DNA of 64,000 nt from Bacillota bacterium (GTDB lineage: Bacteria > Bacillota > Limnochordia > Limnochordales > ZCTH02-B6), in the NCBI GenBank assembly GCA_017578085.2, contig PKQR02000002.1, positions 803-64,802 on the forward strand, in the 5' to 3' direction. The notes beneath the pieces are model-generated. The model ran no database searches. It was not told where the DNA came from and saw only the letters and a program-made list of their open reading frames with translations. This document shows, in pieces, positions 47,647-56,945 of this stretch (within the stretch, counting starts at the first letter, position 1; every line of letters begins with the position of its first letter). Both the position numbers and the translations under genes were made by a program.

Positions 47647-48705
47647 TTATCCGACCACAGCTTTGCCGACATTCAGATGGGCCAGCGCGACCACCAGCGT
47701 TTCCAGCACGAGGCGGGGGTCCCGGCCCGTTTTTATTTGCATGTCCGCCTCCGCGACGCGGTGCAGCGCGGCCGCCGCTCGCTCCGGGCCGACCCGTACG
47801 GCCTGCCGGGCCGCCTTTTCCACGACGTAGGGATTGAGGCCGAGGCGAGCCGCGAGCTCCTTGGCGCCGGCACCGGCGCCGTGCGCCAAGAGGATGAGCC
47901 GGAACTGGCGCGCGATCATGCTCAAGATGACCAGGGGGGGCTGCCCCACAGCCAGCAGGTCATTGAGGACGGCCAGCGCGTCTTTGGGCCTGCCCTCAGC
48001 CACCGCGTCGGCGAAGCGGAAGATCGCGTACTCCGCCGCATGGGGAATGGCCACGCTGGCCACCGCGTGCACCATCGCCGCGTCCACGGGCTGGCCAGCC
48101 CCGTAAACCGCCAGCTTCTCAAGCTCGGTGTACAAGGCCTGCAGGTCCGAGCCGGCCAACTCCAGCAAGACCTGCACCGCTTCCGGCTGGATGGCGAAGC
48201 CGAGCTCCCGCGCCCTCTGGATGATCCACTGGGGCAGCGCTCCCTGCTGGGGCGGATCACATGCCACCAGCCGCGCCGCCCGGATCAGCGCCTGCATCGC
48301 CTTGCGCTTGCGGTCGAGGGCGGCGCAAATCAGGACCGCGGTGACGCCGGCCGGGAGGTTGGTGAGCAACGGGACGAGCTGGTCCTGTCCGGCTGCCGGC
48401 AGCCGGTCAAATCCCCGGACGACCACCAGGCGCTGATCGCCAAACAGCGATCCGGTGCCGATGGCGGTCATGATCAGCTCAGGCGTGGCCTCGTCGCCGT
48501 AGAGTACGGTGCGCTCGAGCCCTCCCGGCGCCAGGGCGGCAGCCGCTTCCGCGATCATGCGGCACGCCTGCTCCCGTGTGAACACATCCTCCCCCACCAG
48601 CAGGTACAAGCCCGCCACAGGCCCCGCCTTCAGGGCTTTCCCAAGTTGCGCCAGCGCGTCGATGACCGTCCACCCCTTCAACGGCACAGTTTGCCCTGGC
48701 CGCAT
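47647..48705 (-). CDS. holA: DNA polymerase III subunit delta
   Basis: ..GLYLLVGEDVFTREQ.. plus a helical C-terminal domain. Position between comEC and rpsT matches Bacillus. The ORF was trimmed to ATG 48705, downstream of the comEC stop. Confidence 0.8.
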   Translation of the reverse strand: MRPGQTVPLKGWTVIDALAQLGKALKAGPVAGLYLLVGEDVFTREQACRMIAEAAAALAPGGLERTVLYGDEATPELIMTAIGTGSLFGDQRLVVVRGFDRLPAAGQDQLVPLLTNLPAGVTAVLICAALDRKRKAMQALIRAARLVACDPPQQGALPQWIIQRARELGFAIQPEAVQVLLELAGSDLQALYTELEKLAVYGAGQPVDAAMVHAVASVAIPHAAEYAIFRFADAVAEGRPKDALAVLNDLLAVGQPPLVILSMIARQFRLILLAHGAGAGAKELAARLGLNPYVVEKAARQAVRVGPERAAAALHRVAEADMQIKTGRDPRLVLETLVVALAHLNVGKAVVG

Positions 48706-48736
48706 TTCCGCGCCGGTCCCGCCGGTTCCTGCCCCT

Positions 48737-51118
48737 TCAGCAGGCGTATGCCTCCTCCGGATGCACCACCCGGGTCGGGCACAGCCTCCACGCGGTGCCG
48801 TCGCTTTCCCAGCGCAACGCGCCGTGCACATCGGTCCGGTAGACCGGGATGCCCAGCTGCTCCAGGGCCGCCAGGACATCCGGGTGCGGCTGGCCGTAAT
48901 TGTTGGCCCCGACGGAAATGACGGCCGCTGCGGCGCCGGTGGCGGCGTAAAAATCGGAGACGAGCGACAGGCGGCTGCCGTGGTGGGGAACTTTCACCAC
49001 GTCGGCCCGCAGATCCGCGCCGCTTTTGAGCAGGTGCTCTTGCCCCGGGACCTCCAGGTCGCCTGTGAGCAGCACAGCGGTCTGCCCGTGACGCAGCCGC
49101 AGGACGATGGAGTTGTCGTTGAGGCCGTCGCCGGCCCCAGCAACGGGCACGGACGGCGGGTGAAGCACTTCCAGCACCGTTTCGCCGTCGAGCACGATCG
49201 ATTGTCCCGCCTGCACGACCCGGCGCGGCAGCTCCCGTTCCCGGACGACGGCTAGATACTCGTCCCACACGGGGGTGGACCCGCCTTGCCCGTTATCCAC
49301 CACCAGCCCCACGGGGACACTGGACAAGACCGGCAGCAGCCCGGCCAGGTGGTCGTCGTGGGCATGGGTCACCACCACCACATCCACCCGCCGCACACCT
49401 TCCCGCCGGAGCAACGGCAAGATGACGTCCCTCCCGGCATTGAAAACCTCTTTCCCGTCCAGCACTCGGCGGCCGCCGCCGTCCACCAGCGCTGTCGCCC
49501 CCGCCGGGGTGCGGATCAGGATGGCGTCCCCTTGGCCCACATCCAGCACCAGCATCTCCAGGGGTCGCGGCACCAGCGCCGCCGCCGACCACGCGGCGGC
49601 GACTGCCAGCGCGCATGCCCACAGCAGTCCCCGCCTCCACCGCGGGGCCAACTCGGACCAGCGGAGCGCGACAGCGGCCAAAACCCACCAGACCACCATC
49701 GCCCCGCTGGTCGGTCTGGGCACGGGGACAACCGCCCATGGGAGACGGGCAAAGGCGGCCGTCGCGGCCAGCAATGCTTCCAGCCCCCAGCCCACCACAG
49801 CGGCCAACAACTGCGCTCCGCCGGGCCAGAGGTGAAACAGGAGGCCGGATGCGAGACCCAATGGCACCAAAATGCCCGTCAGTGGGGCGCCGATGAGGCT
49901 GGCGGCAAAGCCGACCAGCGAGATCTCTTGGAAATAGTACGCCAAAAGGGGCGTCACGCCCAATTGGGCACCGGCCGTGACCGCCACGGCGCCGGCCAAC
50001 GCCCGGGGCAGCTTGGCCATCGCCTGGGACAGCGGCCCGTAGGCCAAGAGGATCCCGGCTGTGGCGGCGAAGGTCAACTGGAACGATACATCAAACAGCA
50101 CCAGCGGGTTCTGCACCATCAGAACCAGTGCCGCCAAGGCGAGCGCCGTGGCCAGATCCCTATCCCGCCCCACCGCCGCGGCGAGCAGGCCAAGGGTTGT
50201 ACCGACGCCGGCCCGCACGGCCGGCGGCCGCGCCCCGGTGGCCAGCACGTAGAGCCACACCAGCGCCGCCCCAGCCAGTGCGCTCGCCACCCGGGGAACC
50301 CGTAGGGTACGCAAGAGTCGCCAGCCGGCTGTAGCCACAAAGCCCACGTGCAGGCCCGACACGGCCAAGAGGTGCGTCACCCCTGCCCGGCGGAAGGTGT
50401 CCTCGAGCTCGGGCGACAAGTCCTGGCGTTCGCCCAAGACCAGCCCGGTCATCACCCCGGCCTGCTCCGGCGTCAACGAGGCTTGCAGGCCCTCGGCCAC
50501 CCATGCCCGGACCCTGGAGACGAGCCTCAAGAACGGGTTCAGCTGCCCGCGGGCGATGACCGACACGTGGCGCGGATAGGAAACGGTGGCTACGGCCGTG
50601 ATCCCCTGGCGGCGCAGGTGGTCCCGGTAGTCGAACGCGCCGGGATTGCCGGCCGACGCGGGCCGGCGCAGGACGGCCCGCACCCGCACGCGATCGCCGT
50701 AGTCCACCTCCACCGTCGAGGGCATCGTCACCCGCACCCGGCCCGCAGCGGCCACAACCTCTGCCCCGCGCTCGACCCGGTCGACCCGCACCACCACGTG
50801 CCTGCGGGCCCCGTCGGCTTCGGGAAAATCCACCACTTGGCCGGTCAGGACGACGGGCCTGCCGTCGATAAAGGGCGCAAGACCTGCCTCCAGCCTCGCC
50901 TCGTGCTGGGCCAGCCAACCGGCGCCGGTGACGACCACGAGCGCGAGGGCGAGCGGTGCCATGCGGCGCCCGCGCGCCGTCCCAACGGCCACGGGCAGTC
51001 CCAGGGCGGCGGCCAGCGCCGTCCAAACGGCGGGCGCCAAGCCCAGCCGCCCCTGCAGGGCGATGCCGGCCGCCACCAGCGTGCTCCAGGTCACCAAGGG
51101 CCGCATGGCGCTACTCAA
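48737..51118 (-). CDS. comEC: DNA internalization competence protein ComEC/Rec2 (with C-terminal metallo-beta-lactamase domain)
   Basis: 793-aa polytopic ORF with the competence domain (..THLLAVSGLHVG..) and an MBL motif VVVTHAHDDHLAGL. Confidence 0.9.
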   Translation of the reverse strand: MSSAMRPLVTWSTLVAAGIALQGRLGLAPAVWTALAAALGLPVAVGTARGRRMAPLALALVVVTGAGWLAQHEARLEAGLAPFIDGRPVVLTGQVVDFPEADGARRHVVVRVDRVERGAEVVAAAGRVRVTMPSTVEVDYGDRVRVRAVLRRPASAGNPGAFDYRDHLRRQGITAVATVSYPRHVSVIARGQLNPFLRLVSRVRAWVAEGLQASLTPEQAGVMTGLVLGERQDLSPELEDTFRRAGVTHLLAVSGLHVGFVATAGWRLLRTLRVPRVASALAGAALVWLYVLATGARPPAVRAGVGTTLGLLAAAVGRDRDLATALALAALVLMVQNPLVLFDVSFQLTFAATAGILLAYGPLSQAMAKLPRALAGAVAVTAGAQLGVTPLLAYYFQEISLVGFAASLIGAPLTGILVPLGLASGLLFHLWPGGAQLLAAVVGWGLEALLAATAAFARLPWAVVPVPRPTSGAMVVWWVLAAVALRWSELAPRWRRGLLWACALAVAAAWSAAALVPRPLEMLVLDVGQGDAILIRTPAGATALVDGGGRRVLDGKEVFNAGRDVILPLLRREGVRRVDVVVVTHAHDDHLAGLLPVLSSVPVGLVVDNGQGGSTPVWDEYLAVVRERELPRRVVQAGQSIVLDGETVLEVLHPPSVPVAGAGDGLNDNSIVLRLRHGQTAVLLTGDLEVPGQEHLLKSGADLRADVVKVPHHGSRLSLVSDFYAATGAAAAVISVGANNYGQPHPDVLAALEQLGIPVYRTDVHGALRWESDGTAWRLCPTRVVHPEEAYAC

Positions 51119-51644
51119 CCCTGATCAGGTCCTTTATCGCCTGGAACTTGGCGGGACCGATGCCGGGCACCTCGAGGATGTCCGCGATGTCGCTGAACGG
51201 CCCCCACGCCTCGCGATACTCGACGATCCGGCGCGCCAAGGCGGGCCCGATGCCCGGAAGGCGTTCCAGCTCCGACGCCTGAGCGAGATTGATGTTGAGA
51301 CGCTGGTCCGTGCCGGCGGCCGGCGCTGCCGTTGCGTCAGCAGCAGGCGCAGGCGCTGTATCGGCACAACCGTGTCCCACCGTGTCCGCTTTGCCGCTCG
51401 CGTCCGCTTTGCCGGCGCCAGACCCTGCCCCGTCATGCCCGGTGCCGCCCGGCGGTTGTGCAGCCGCCGCGTCGGCCCCCGCTTCTTGGACCGACGGCGC
51501 GGCGGCTTCGATAGTCTCGATAATCACCGGTCCAAGTCCAGCGCCCCGCTGACGGCCCAACAGCGCGTTGCCGACAGCCCCGGTCACCAGCAACACGCTG
51601 ACCACGACCGCGAGCCAGCTTTCCAACCGCGACCACCCGAGCAT
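51111..51644 (-). CDS. comEA: ComEA-family DNA-binding competence protein (TM anchor plus tandem helix-hairpin-helix)
   Basis: ..LNINLAQASELERLPGIGPALARRIVEYREAWGPFSDIADILEVPGIGPAKFQAIKDLI. ATG 51644 follows GGGAGGGG. Confidence 0.8.
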   Translation of the reverse strand: MLGWSRLESWLAVVVSVLLVTGAVGNALLGRQRGAGLGPVIIETIEAAAPSVQEAGADAAAAQPPGGTGHDGAGSGAGKADASGKADTVGHGCADTAPAPAADATAAPAAGTDQRLNINLAQASELERLPGIGPALARRIVEYREAWGPFSDIADILEVPGIGPAKFQAIKDLIRVE

Positions 51645-51759
51645 ATATACCCCTCCCAGCCCCTGCGGGCGCGGCCGGCGGGTGGTAGGCACGGGGTTTC
51701 GCTCGGCACGGCCGTCTTCCTTCAGCTACATTGCAGTATTCAGGCCGCTCGCCCAGCGC

Positions 51760-51816
51760 TTGACATACCCATCTGGGTATACTAATCTTAAGGCGCGACT
51801 ATACCGTACCCGGTAT
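51760..51816 (+). promoter_or_regulatory. Promoter-like region (TTGACA-N17-TAATCT) overlapped by two 16-bp palindromes, ATACCCAtcTGGGTAT and ATACCGtaccCGGTAT
   Basis: TTGACA lies at 51760-65. Palindrome 1 at 51765-80 sits in the spacer. The -10 candidate TAATCT is at 51783-88. Palindrome 2 is at 51801-16, between the -10 and the RBS of the glutaredoxin-like gene. Confidence 0.35.
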
Positions 51817-51842
51817 TCGTATTTAAGGGAGGAATCGGAGCC

Positions 51843-52079
51843 GTGAAGACACCGATCGTGTACACGTCCTCAACCTGCCCCTACTGCACCTTGCTGAAGC
51901 AGTTCCTGGACAGCCAGGGGATTGCCTACGAGGAGCGCAATGTCAGCTTGAATCGCCGGTACATGGCCGAACTGGCGGAACTGGGGACGCTGGGGGTGCC
52001 GACGACGGTCATCGACGGGCAGGTGATCGTGGGCTACCGGCCCCAGGCGATCCTCGACGCCGTGGGGACGGCGGACTGA
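51843..52079 (+). CDS. Glutaredoxin-like protein (NrdH/YruB-type, CPYC active site)
   Basis: 78-aa ORF, MKTPIVYTSSTCPYCTLLKQFLDSQGIAYEERNV..GVPTTVIDGQVIVGY. The GTG start follows GGGAGGA. Confidence 0.8.
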   Translation: MKTPIVYTSSTCPYCTLLKQFLDSQGIAYEERNVSLNRRYMAELAELGTLGVPTTVIDGQVIVGYRPQAILDAVGTAD

Positions 52080-52133
52080 AAAGAATAGGCGGCGGGACAG
52101 GCCTCCGGTTGAGACGGAACCCGTCCCGCCGCC
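52077..52133 (-). terminator. Intrinsic terminator after leuS (possibly bidirectional with the glutaredoxin-like gene)
   Basis: An 11-bp GC stem, GGCGGCGGGAC (52088-98) / GTCCCGCCGCC (52123-33). On the minus strand it is followed by uauucuuuuca. Confidence 0.6.
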
Positions 52134-52210
52134 GTTCTCCCAGGCGCCATCCCGGCGAGGGGCGCCGCTCTTGCCGCCCCGCACCTGGCCGTCGCCACCA
52201 GCGTCCATCC

Positions 52211-54724
52211 TTACTGGGCTACCACGATGTTGACGAGCCGCCCGGGTACCACCACCACCCGCGCCACCTGCCGCCCGGCGATGTGCTCCCGTACCTTAGG
52301 CAGCGCCAGGGCCGCCTCACGCACTTCGGCTTCGGACGCCTCCCGGGCCACCCACAGTCGGTCCCGCACCCGGCCGTTGACCTGCACCACGACCTCGATG
52401 GTATCGGCCTGGACCGCCTCCGGGTCATAGCTCGGCCACGGCTGCAGGTGCACGCTGTCGGTGCGGCCCAGCGTCTGCCACAGCTCCTCGGCCAGGTGCG
52501 GCGCGAAGGGCGCCATCATCAGCACAAGCTTCTCGAGCCCCTCGGCCACGACGGCCTTGTCCTTCTCCGCCGCCGACTCCTTGTACTGGTAGAAGGCGTT
52601 GACCAGCTCCATGACGGCGGCGATGGCGGTGTTGAAGTGGAACCGGTCCTCGATGTCCTGGGTCACCTTCTTTAGCGTGCGGTGCACCATGCGCCGCAGC
52701 TCTTCCGCCGCCGCGTCACGGCCCGCCGGCGCCGGTCCCTGCGGCATCGGGCCGAGCTCATGGACCAGGTCCGTCACCAGGCGCCACACCCGGTTCAAGA
52801 AGCGATAGGCCCCTTCCACGCCGGCGTCGCTCCACTCAAGATCCCGCTCGGGCGGCGAGGCAAACAGGATGAACAGGCGCGCCGTGTCGGCCCCGTACTT
52901 CTCCACGATGTGGTTGGGGTCCACGGTGTTGCCCTTGGACTTGGACATCTTGGCCCCGTCCTTGAGCACCATCCCCTGGGTCAAGAGCCGCTCAAACGGC
53001 CGGGGTGTGCTGACAAGCCCCAGATCCGCCAGCACCATCTGGAAGAAGCGGGCGTACATCAAGTGCAAGATGGCATGCTCGACGCCGCCGATGTACTGGT
53101 CCACGGGCATCCAGTAGTCGACCTTGTCCCTGTCGAATGCGGCGTTCCGGTTATGCGGGTCGCAAAACCGCAAGAAATACCAGGACGAGTCGACGAAGGT
53201 ATCCATCGTGTCCGTCTCCCGGCGGGCCGGGCCGCCGCACTTGGGACACGTGGTGTTGACGAACTCTGGCTTATCGACCAGCGGCGACTGGCCGGTCGGC
53301 TTGAAGGACACGTCTTCGGGCAAGAGCACCGGCAACTGGTCCTCGGGCACCGGCACGGTCCCGCAGTGGTCGCAGTAGACGATGGGGATCGGGCAGCCCC
53401 AGTAACGCTGGCGGGAGATGAGCCAGTCCCGCAGCCGGTACTGCACCCGGCGCCGGCCGATGCCCCGCCGCTCCACCTCATCCGCGATGCGCTCCAGCCC
53501 CTCCCGGTTGGGCAGGCCGGAGTACGGCCCGGAGTTGACCAGCGTGCCGTCTTCCGTGTAGGCGACCGTCATCGTTGCGGCGTCGGGCAGTTCGCCCGAG
53601 GGCGGAGCGACAACGACCCGCACGGGCAGGCCGTAGCGCCGCGCGAAATCCAAGTCCCGCTGGTCATGGGCGGGCACGGCCATGATCGCGCCCGTCCCGT
53701 AGCCCATCAGGACGTAGTTGCCGATCCAGATGGGGATTTCCTCGCCGGTGAACGGGTTCACGCAGTAGCTGCCGGTGAACATGCCCAGCTTCTCGGCGTC
53801 CTCGGCCGCGCGCGCGATCTCGCCCTGCCGGCGCACGTCCTCAATGAAACGCTCGATGGCTTCCCGGTCCGGCGAATTCGCGATCAGCCGCGGCACCAGC
53901 GGGTGTTCAGGTGCGATGACCATGTAGGTGGCGCCGTAGATGGTGTCGGCGCGAGTCGTGAACACGGCTAGGGTCTCGTCCATGCCCTTGATGGGGAACT
54001 GGATCTCGACGCCGGTGCTCTTGCCGATCCAGTTGCGCTGCATGATCTTGACCTTGTCCGGCCAGCCGGTCAACTCGTCCAGCTCGCGCAAGAGCCGTTC
54101 GGCGTACTGGGTGATGCGGAAAAACCACTGCTCGAGGTCCCGCACCGTCACCGGCGTATCGCAGCGCTCGCAGCAGCCGTCGACCACCTGCTCGTTGGCC
54201 AGCACCGTCTGGCACTTGGGACACCAGTTGACCGGCGCCCGCTTCTTCTCCACCAGCCCGGCCTTGTAAAACTGCAAGAAGAGCCACTGGGTCCAGCGGT
54301 AGTAGTCGGGGTGGCACGAAGCAACCTCGCGGCTCCAATCGTAGCTGATGCCCAGCCGCTTCAGCTGCTTGCGCATGTAGTCGATGTTGTCCCACGTCCA
54401 CGCGCTCGGGTGGATGTTGTGCTGGATGGCCGCGTTTTCCGCCGGCAAGCCAAACGCGTCCCAGCCCATCGGGTGCAGCACGTTGAAACCGCGCATGCGC
54501 TTATAACGCGCCACCACGTCGCCGATGGTGTAATTACGCACGTGGCCCATGTGCAGCTTCCCCGAGGGGTATGGAAACATCTCAAGCACGTAGTACTTGG
54601 GCTTGGACGGATCCTCGTACACCCGGTACAGCTGCAGTTCATCCCAAACCCGCTGCCATTTCCGCTCCACTGCCTCGAAATCGTAGGTGGTGGGCCTCAT
54701 GGTCGCCGTGCGTTCCATCTTCAT
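52211..54724 (-). CDS. leuS: Leucine--tRNA ligase
   Basis: 837-aa ORF with HIGH-type motif ([15 protein letters not shown]), KMSKS, and a CP1 editing domain. The start could instead be ATG 54718 (better RBS spacing) or the MRPTTYDF Met. Confidence 0.95.
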   Translation of the reverse strand: MKMERTATMRPTTYDFEAVERKWQRVWDELQLYRVYEDPSKPKYYVLEMFPYPSGKLHMGHVRNYTIGDVVARYKRMRGFNVLHPMGWDAFGLPAENAAIQHNIHPSAWTWDNIDYMRKQLKRLGISYDWSREVASCHPDYYRWTQWLFLQFYKAGLVEKKRAPVNWCPKCQTVLANEQVVDGCCERCDTPVTVRDLEQWFFRITQYAERLLRELDELTGWPDKVKIMQRNWIGKSTGVEIQFPIKGMDETLAVFTTRADTIYGATYMVIAPEHPLVPRLIANSPDREAIERFIEDVRRQGEIARAAEDAEKLGMFTGSYCVNPFTGEEIPIWIGNYVLMGYGTGAIMAVPAHDQRDLDFARRYGLPVRVVVAPPSGELPDAATMTVAYTEDGTLVNSGPYSGLPNREGLERIADEVERRGIGRRRVQYRLRDWLISRQRYWGCPIPIVYCDHCGTVPVPEDQLPVLLPEDVSFKPTGQSPLVDKPEFVNTTCPKCGGPARRETDTMDTFVDSSWYFLRFCDPHNRNAAFDRDKVDYWMPVDQYIGGVEHAILHLMYARFFQMVLADLGLVSTPRPFERLLTQGMVLKDGAKMSKSKGNTVDPNHIVEKYGADTARLFILFASPPERDLEWSDAGVEGAYRFLNRVWRLVTDLVHELGPMPQGPAPAGRDAAAEELRRMVHRTLKKVTQDIEDRFHFNTAIAAVMELVNAFYQYKESAAEKDKAVVAEGLEKLVLMMAPFAPHLAEELWQTLGRTDSVHLQPWPSYDPEAVQADTIEVVVQVNGRVRDRLWVAREASEAEVREAALALPKVREHIAGRQVARVVVVPGRLVNIVVAQ

Positions 54725-54736
54725 GCACCTCGCTAC

Positions 54737-55097
54737 AAAAAAGCGCCTTCCGTCCCCTTAGAGACGAAAGGCACAAACCTTCCGCGGTACCACTCTAATT
54801 GGCCGCTGGTGCGGCCCCCTCTGCGGCCCCGGTCTCCCGGTGCCATTCCGCGGTAACGGGCGGAACCCGGTCCCGTCTACTGGCCCCGGCCTCTCGCCTC
54901 ACCGTCCGGTGCGGCTTAGCGAGCCACCCTATGCGGCCCCGTCGGCTGCCGAGACGTTCGGGGAACGACTCCGGGGCGAGTTTCGGTCGCGCTCAGGTGC
55001 CATCTCGCACCAGCCGATGGCTCTCTGCAAACCGAGCCGCGGCCTATTACTCCCCATCATCGCCTTTCATAATTTTACCCATAGTGCGTGGATGGTG
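54737..55097 (-). promoter_or_regulatory. T-box leader (tRNA-Leu responsive) with terminator, upstream of leuS
   Basis: Minus-strand features: a stem I base GCGAUGA, an AG bulge GCAGAGAG, and a distal loop GGUGCGA. The specifier-loop candidate is GAAA-CUC-G (CUC at 54980..54978; CUC is also the B. subtilis leuS specifier). The T-box sequence AAUUAGAGUGGUACCGCGG lies at 54800..54782. A terminator follows at 54772..54737: GCCUUUCGUCUC-UAAG-GGGACGGAAGGC + GCUUUUUU. Confidence 0.8.
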
Positions 55098-55103
55098 CCT
55101 ATG

Positions 55104-55132
55104 ATCCTAGCACACGCCTCCGCCGCTGTCAA
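55104..55132 (-). promoter_or_regulatory. Sigma-A type promoter of the leuS T-box leader (TTGACA-N17-TAGGAT)
   Basis: The minus strand reads TTGACA (55132..55127), a 17-nt spacer, then TAGGAT (55109..55104). Confidence 0.45.
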
Positions 55133-55150
55133 CGGCCGCCCCTGCGGCCT

Positions 55151-55291
55151 TTAGCGGATGGAGAGCACCAGGTACCAGCCGGCCCAGACCACCAGCGCTA
55201 CGCTGAGGCCGACCAGCCATGGCGGTACCGGCGCCTCGCCCGTCTCAGGCAGGACCGGCGTCTCCTCCTCGACCCGTTCCTCCAGCTCCAT
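55151..55291 (-). CDS. Candidate small membrane protein (46 aa), acidic N-terminus plus one TM
   Basis: Not in the ORF track. The product is MELEERVEEETPVLPETGEAPVPPWLVGLSVALVVWAGWYLVLSIR. ATG 55291 follows GGGGGTGA. By hand count 41 of 46 codons end in G/C. Confidence 0.35.
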   Translation of the reverse strand: MELEERVEEETPVLPETGEAPVPPWLVGLSVALVVWAGWYLVLSIR

Positions 55292-55348
55292 CCCGCGTCA
55301 CCCCCAACCCGCGCGCCGCGGCCGGCTCCCAGCGGCGCGGAAAGCGCA

Positions 55349-55498
55349 TCAGAAGAACTCAGTCAGATAATGGTAGTACAGCCCGTCGGCGCCCCAGACG
55401 GACCAGCCGTTCAAGGGCAAAAGCACCGTGGCCAGCAGGACAAACCCGAGCATCACCAGGGCGCCAAAGACGATGGTCGCCACCGAAGGCCGCTGCAC
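55349..55498 (-). CDS. Candidate small membrane protein (49 aa), one TM plus aromatic C-terminal tail
   Basis: Not in the ORF track in this frame. GTG 55498 lies 6 nt after AGGTGA. The product is (M)QRPSVATIVFGALVMLGFVLLATVLLPLNGWSVWGADGLYYHYLTEFF. By hand count 42 of 49 codons end in G/C. The listed 64-aa ORF 55359..55553 in another frame is Arg/Gly-rich and looks non-coding. Confidence 0.4.
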   Translation of the reverse strand: MQRPSVATIVFGALVMLGFVLLATVLLPLNGWSVWGADGLYYHYLTEFF

Positions 55499-55575
55499 AC
55501 ATGTTCACCTCGCGTATCACCTTGCGGCCAAGCCGGCGTGGGAAACCCGGCAACCGGGCCGCTGTCAGGCCGCTG

Positions 55576-56823
55576 TCAGCGGGAAACTCCCTTGGGCAAT
55601 TCCACCGCGATCTTCGAATCCCTTCTCGCCTTGGTGTCGTGCAGTCCAGGGGTAAGTAGTTCCTGGTACGCCCCGACGAGGCGCAGGGCCATCTCGCGGC
55701 TGCTCAAGCTTTCCGCCCGCTGCCGGGCCCGGGCGGCGAAGAGCTGGCGCTTGGCCGGATCCTCCAGCAGCGACAGCACTGCCTGTGCGAATTCCGTTGG
55801 GTCCTCGCGCCGCAACAGCCCCTGCACCCCGTTTTGCACCATGTCGTGGGTACCCGGGGCATCCACGCCGACCACAGGCAACCCAGCCGCCATGGCCTCC
55901 AAGGTGGCCAGCCCTTGGGTTTCCGTGGTGGAAGCGATCACAAACAAATCGGCGCCGTGCAGCGCCTGGACGACTTGCTCCCGCGAGTAGGTGCCGGTGA
56001 AATGGACCCACTGCCCAATCCCCATCTCCCGGGCCAGCCGTTCAAGTCTCGGCCGGTCCGGGCCGTCGCCCACCAGCACCAGGTGGACGTTGTCCATGGT
56101 TGCCCGGACGTGCTGCAGCGCCTCCAGCAGAAACCCCACGTTCTTTTCCCGCGCCAGGCGGCCGACGAAGATGAGCACCGGTGCGTCCGGGCCGATGTTG
56201 AGCTGCTCCCGCAGCCACCGGCGGTCACCTTGCCGGTAGTCGTCCACCGGGATACCTGTGGGGATGACCTGGACCGGTTTGCCCTCAAGGCCGTAAGTTT
56301 CCACGATGAAGTCGCCGATCTGGGGCGTAGGCGCGATCACCAGGTCGCACCGCTTGCAGTATGTGCCCACGTAGCGGAGGATCAACTGGCGCAGCACGGT
56401 CCGCACGCCCGGCACGTAGTGCACGTACTCGTGGTACATGGTGTGATGGGTGAACACGAGCGGGATCCGCCGCCGCCGGGCCAGCACCGCCGCCATGACG
56501 CCCATCATAAACGGCGTATGGGTGTGGATGATGTCGATACCGAGCTCAGCCAGGAGCGCCTCGGCCTGCATCGAGATGGGAACCGGCACCGTAAATCCGC
56601 GGTACGTGGGTAAGGGGATGGACCAGAAGCGAAACACCCGCAGAGCAGGCGGGCGCTCGGGCCTGGCGGCCGGGCCCGACGCCTGATGGTAGTAGCGGGG
56701 TCCGAAGATGTACACCTCATGGCCCAACTCGAGGAGCTCCGCGCCGAAGGTATCGATGGACCGCACGACCCCGCTGACGTAAGGCTGATAGCTGTCGGTA
56801 AATACGGCGATCTTCACCGGCAA
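55576..56823 (-). CDS. Glycosyltransferase family 4 (GT-B, group 1), possibly a glycolipid synthase
   Basis: VKIAVFTDSYQPYVSGVVRSI.. (GT4 N-terminal domain) and the C-terminal E-x7-E region ..ASTTETQGLATLEAMAAGLPVV. The start is TTG 56823 or GTG 56817, after GAGGGAGG. Confidence 0.85.
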   Translation of the reverse strand: MPVKIAVFTDSYQPYVSGVVRSIDTFGAELLELGHEVYIFGPRYYHQASGPAARPERPPALRVFRFWSIPLPTYRGFTVPVPISMQAEALLAELGIDIIHTHTPFMMGVMAAVLARRRRIPLVFTHHTMYHEYVHYVPGVRTVLRQLILRYVGTYCKRCDLVIAPTPQIGDFIVETYGLEGKPVQVIPTGIPVDDYRQGDRRWLREQLNIGPDAPVLIFVGRLAREKNVGFLLEALQHVRATMDNVHLVLVGDGPDRPRLERLAREMGIGQWVHFTGTYSREQVVQALHGADLFVIASTTETQGLATLEAMAAGLPVVGVDAPGTHDMVQNGVQGLLRREDPTEFAQAVLSLLEDPAKRQLFAARARQRAESLSSREMALRLVGAYQELLTPGLHDTKARRDSKIAVELPKGVSR

Positions 56824-56872
56824 AGGGCGCCTCCCTCGTGTTACCCGAATCCATTGTACCAGAAGGCGCCGG

Positions 56873-56901
56873 TTGTGAAACCCCACTCCCGGTGGTATAA
56901 T
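56873..56901 (+). promoter_or_regulatory. Promoter upstream of rnpB: TTGTGA-N17-TATAAT with an extended -10 (TGgTATAAT)
   Basis: TTGTGA lies at 56873-78, TG at 56893-94, and TATAAT at 56896-901. It is in the intergenic region divergent from the glycosyltransferase gene. Confidence 0.5.
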
Positions 56902-56945
56902 GATTGTGCTGGCGGATCCGAGCGGTCCGCCAGCGCCCGGGCGCA

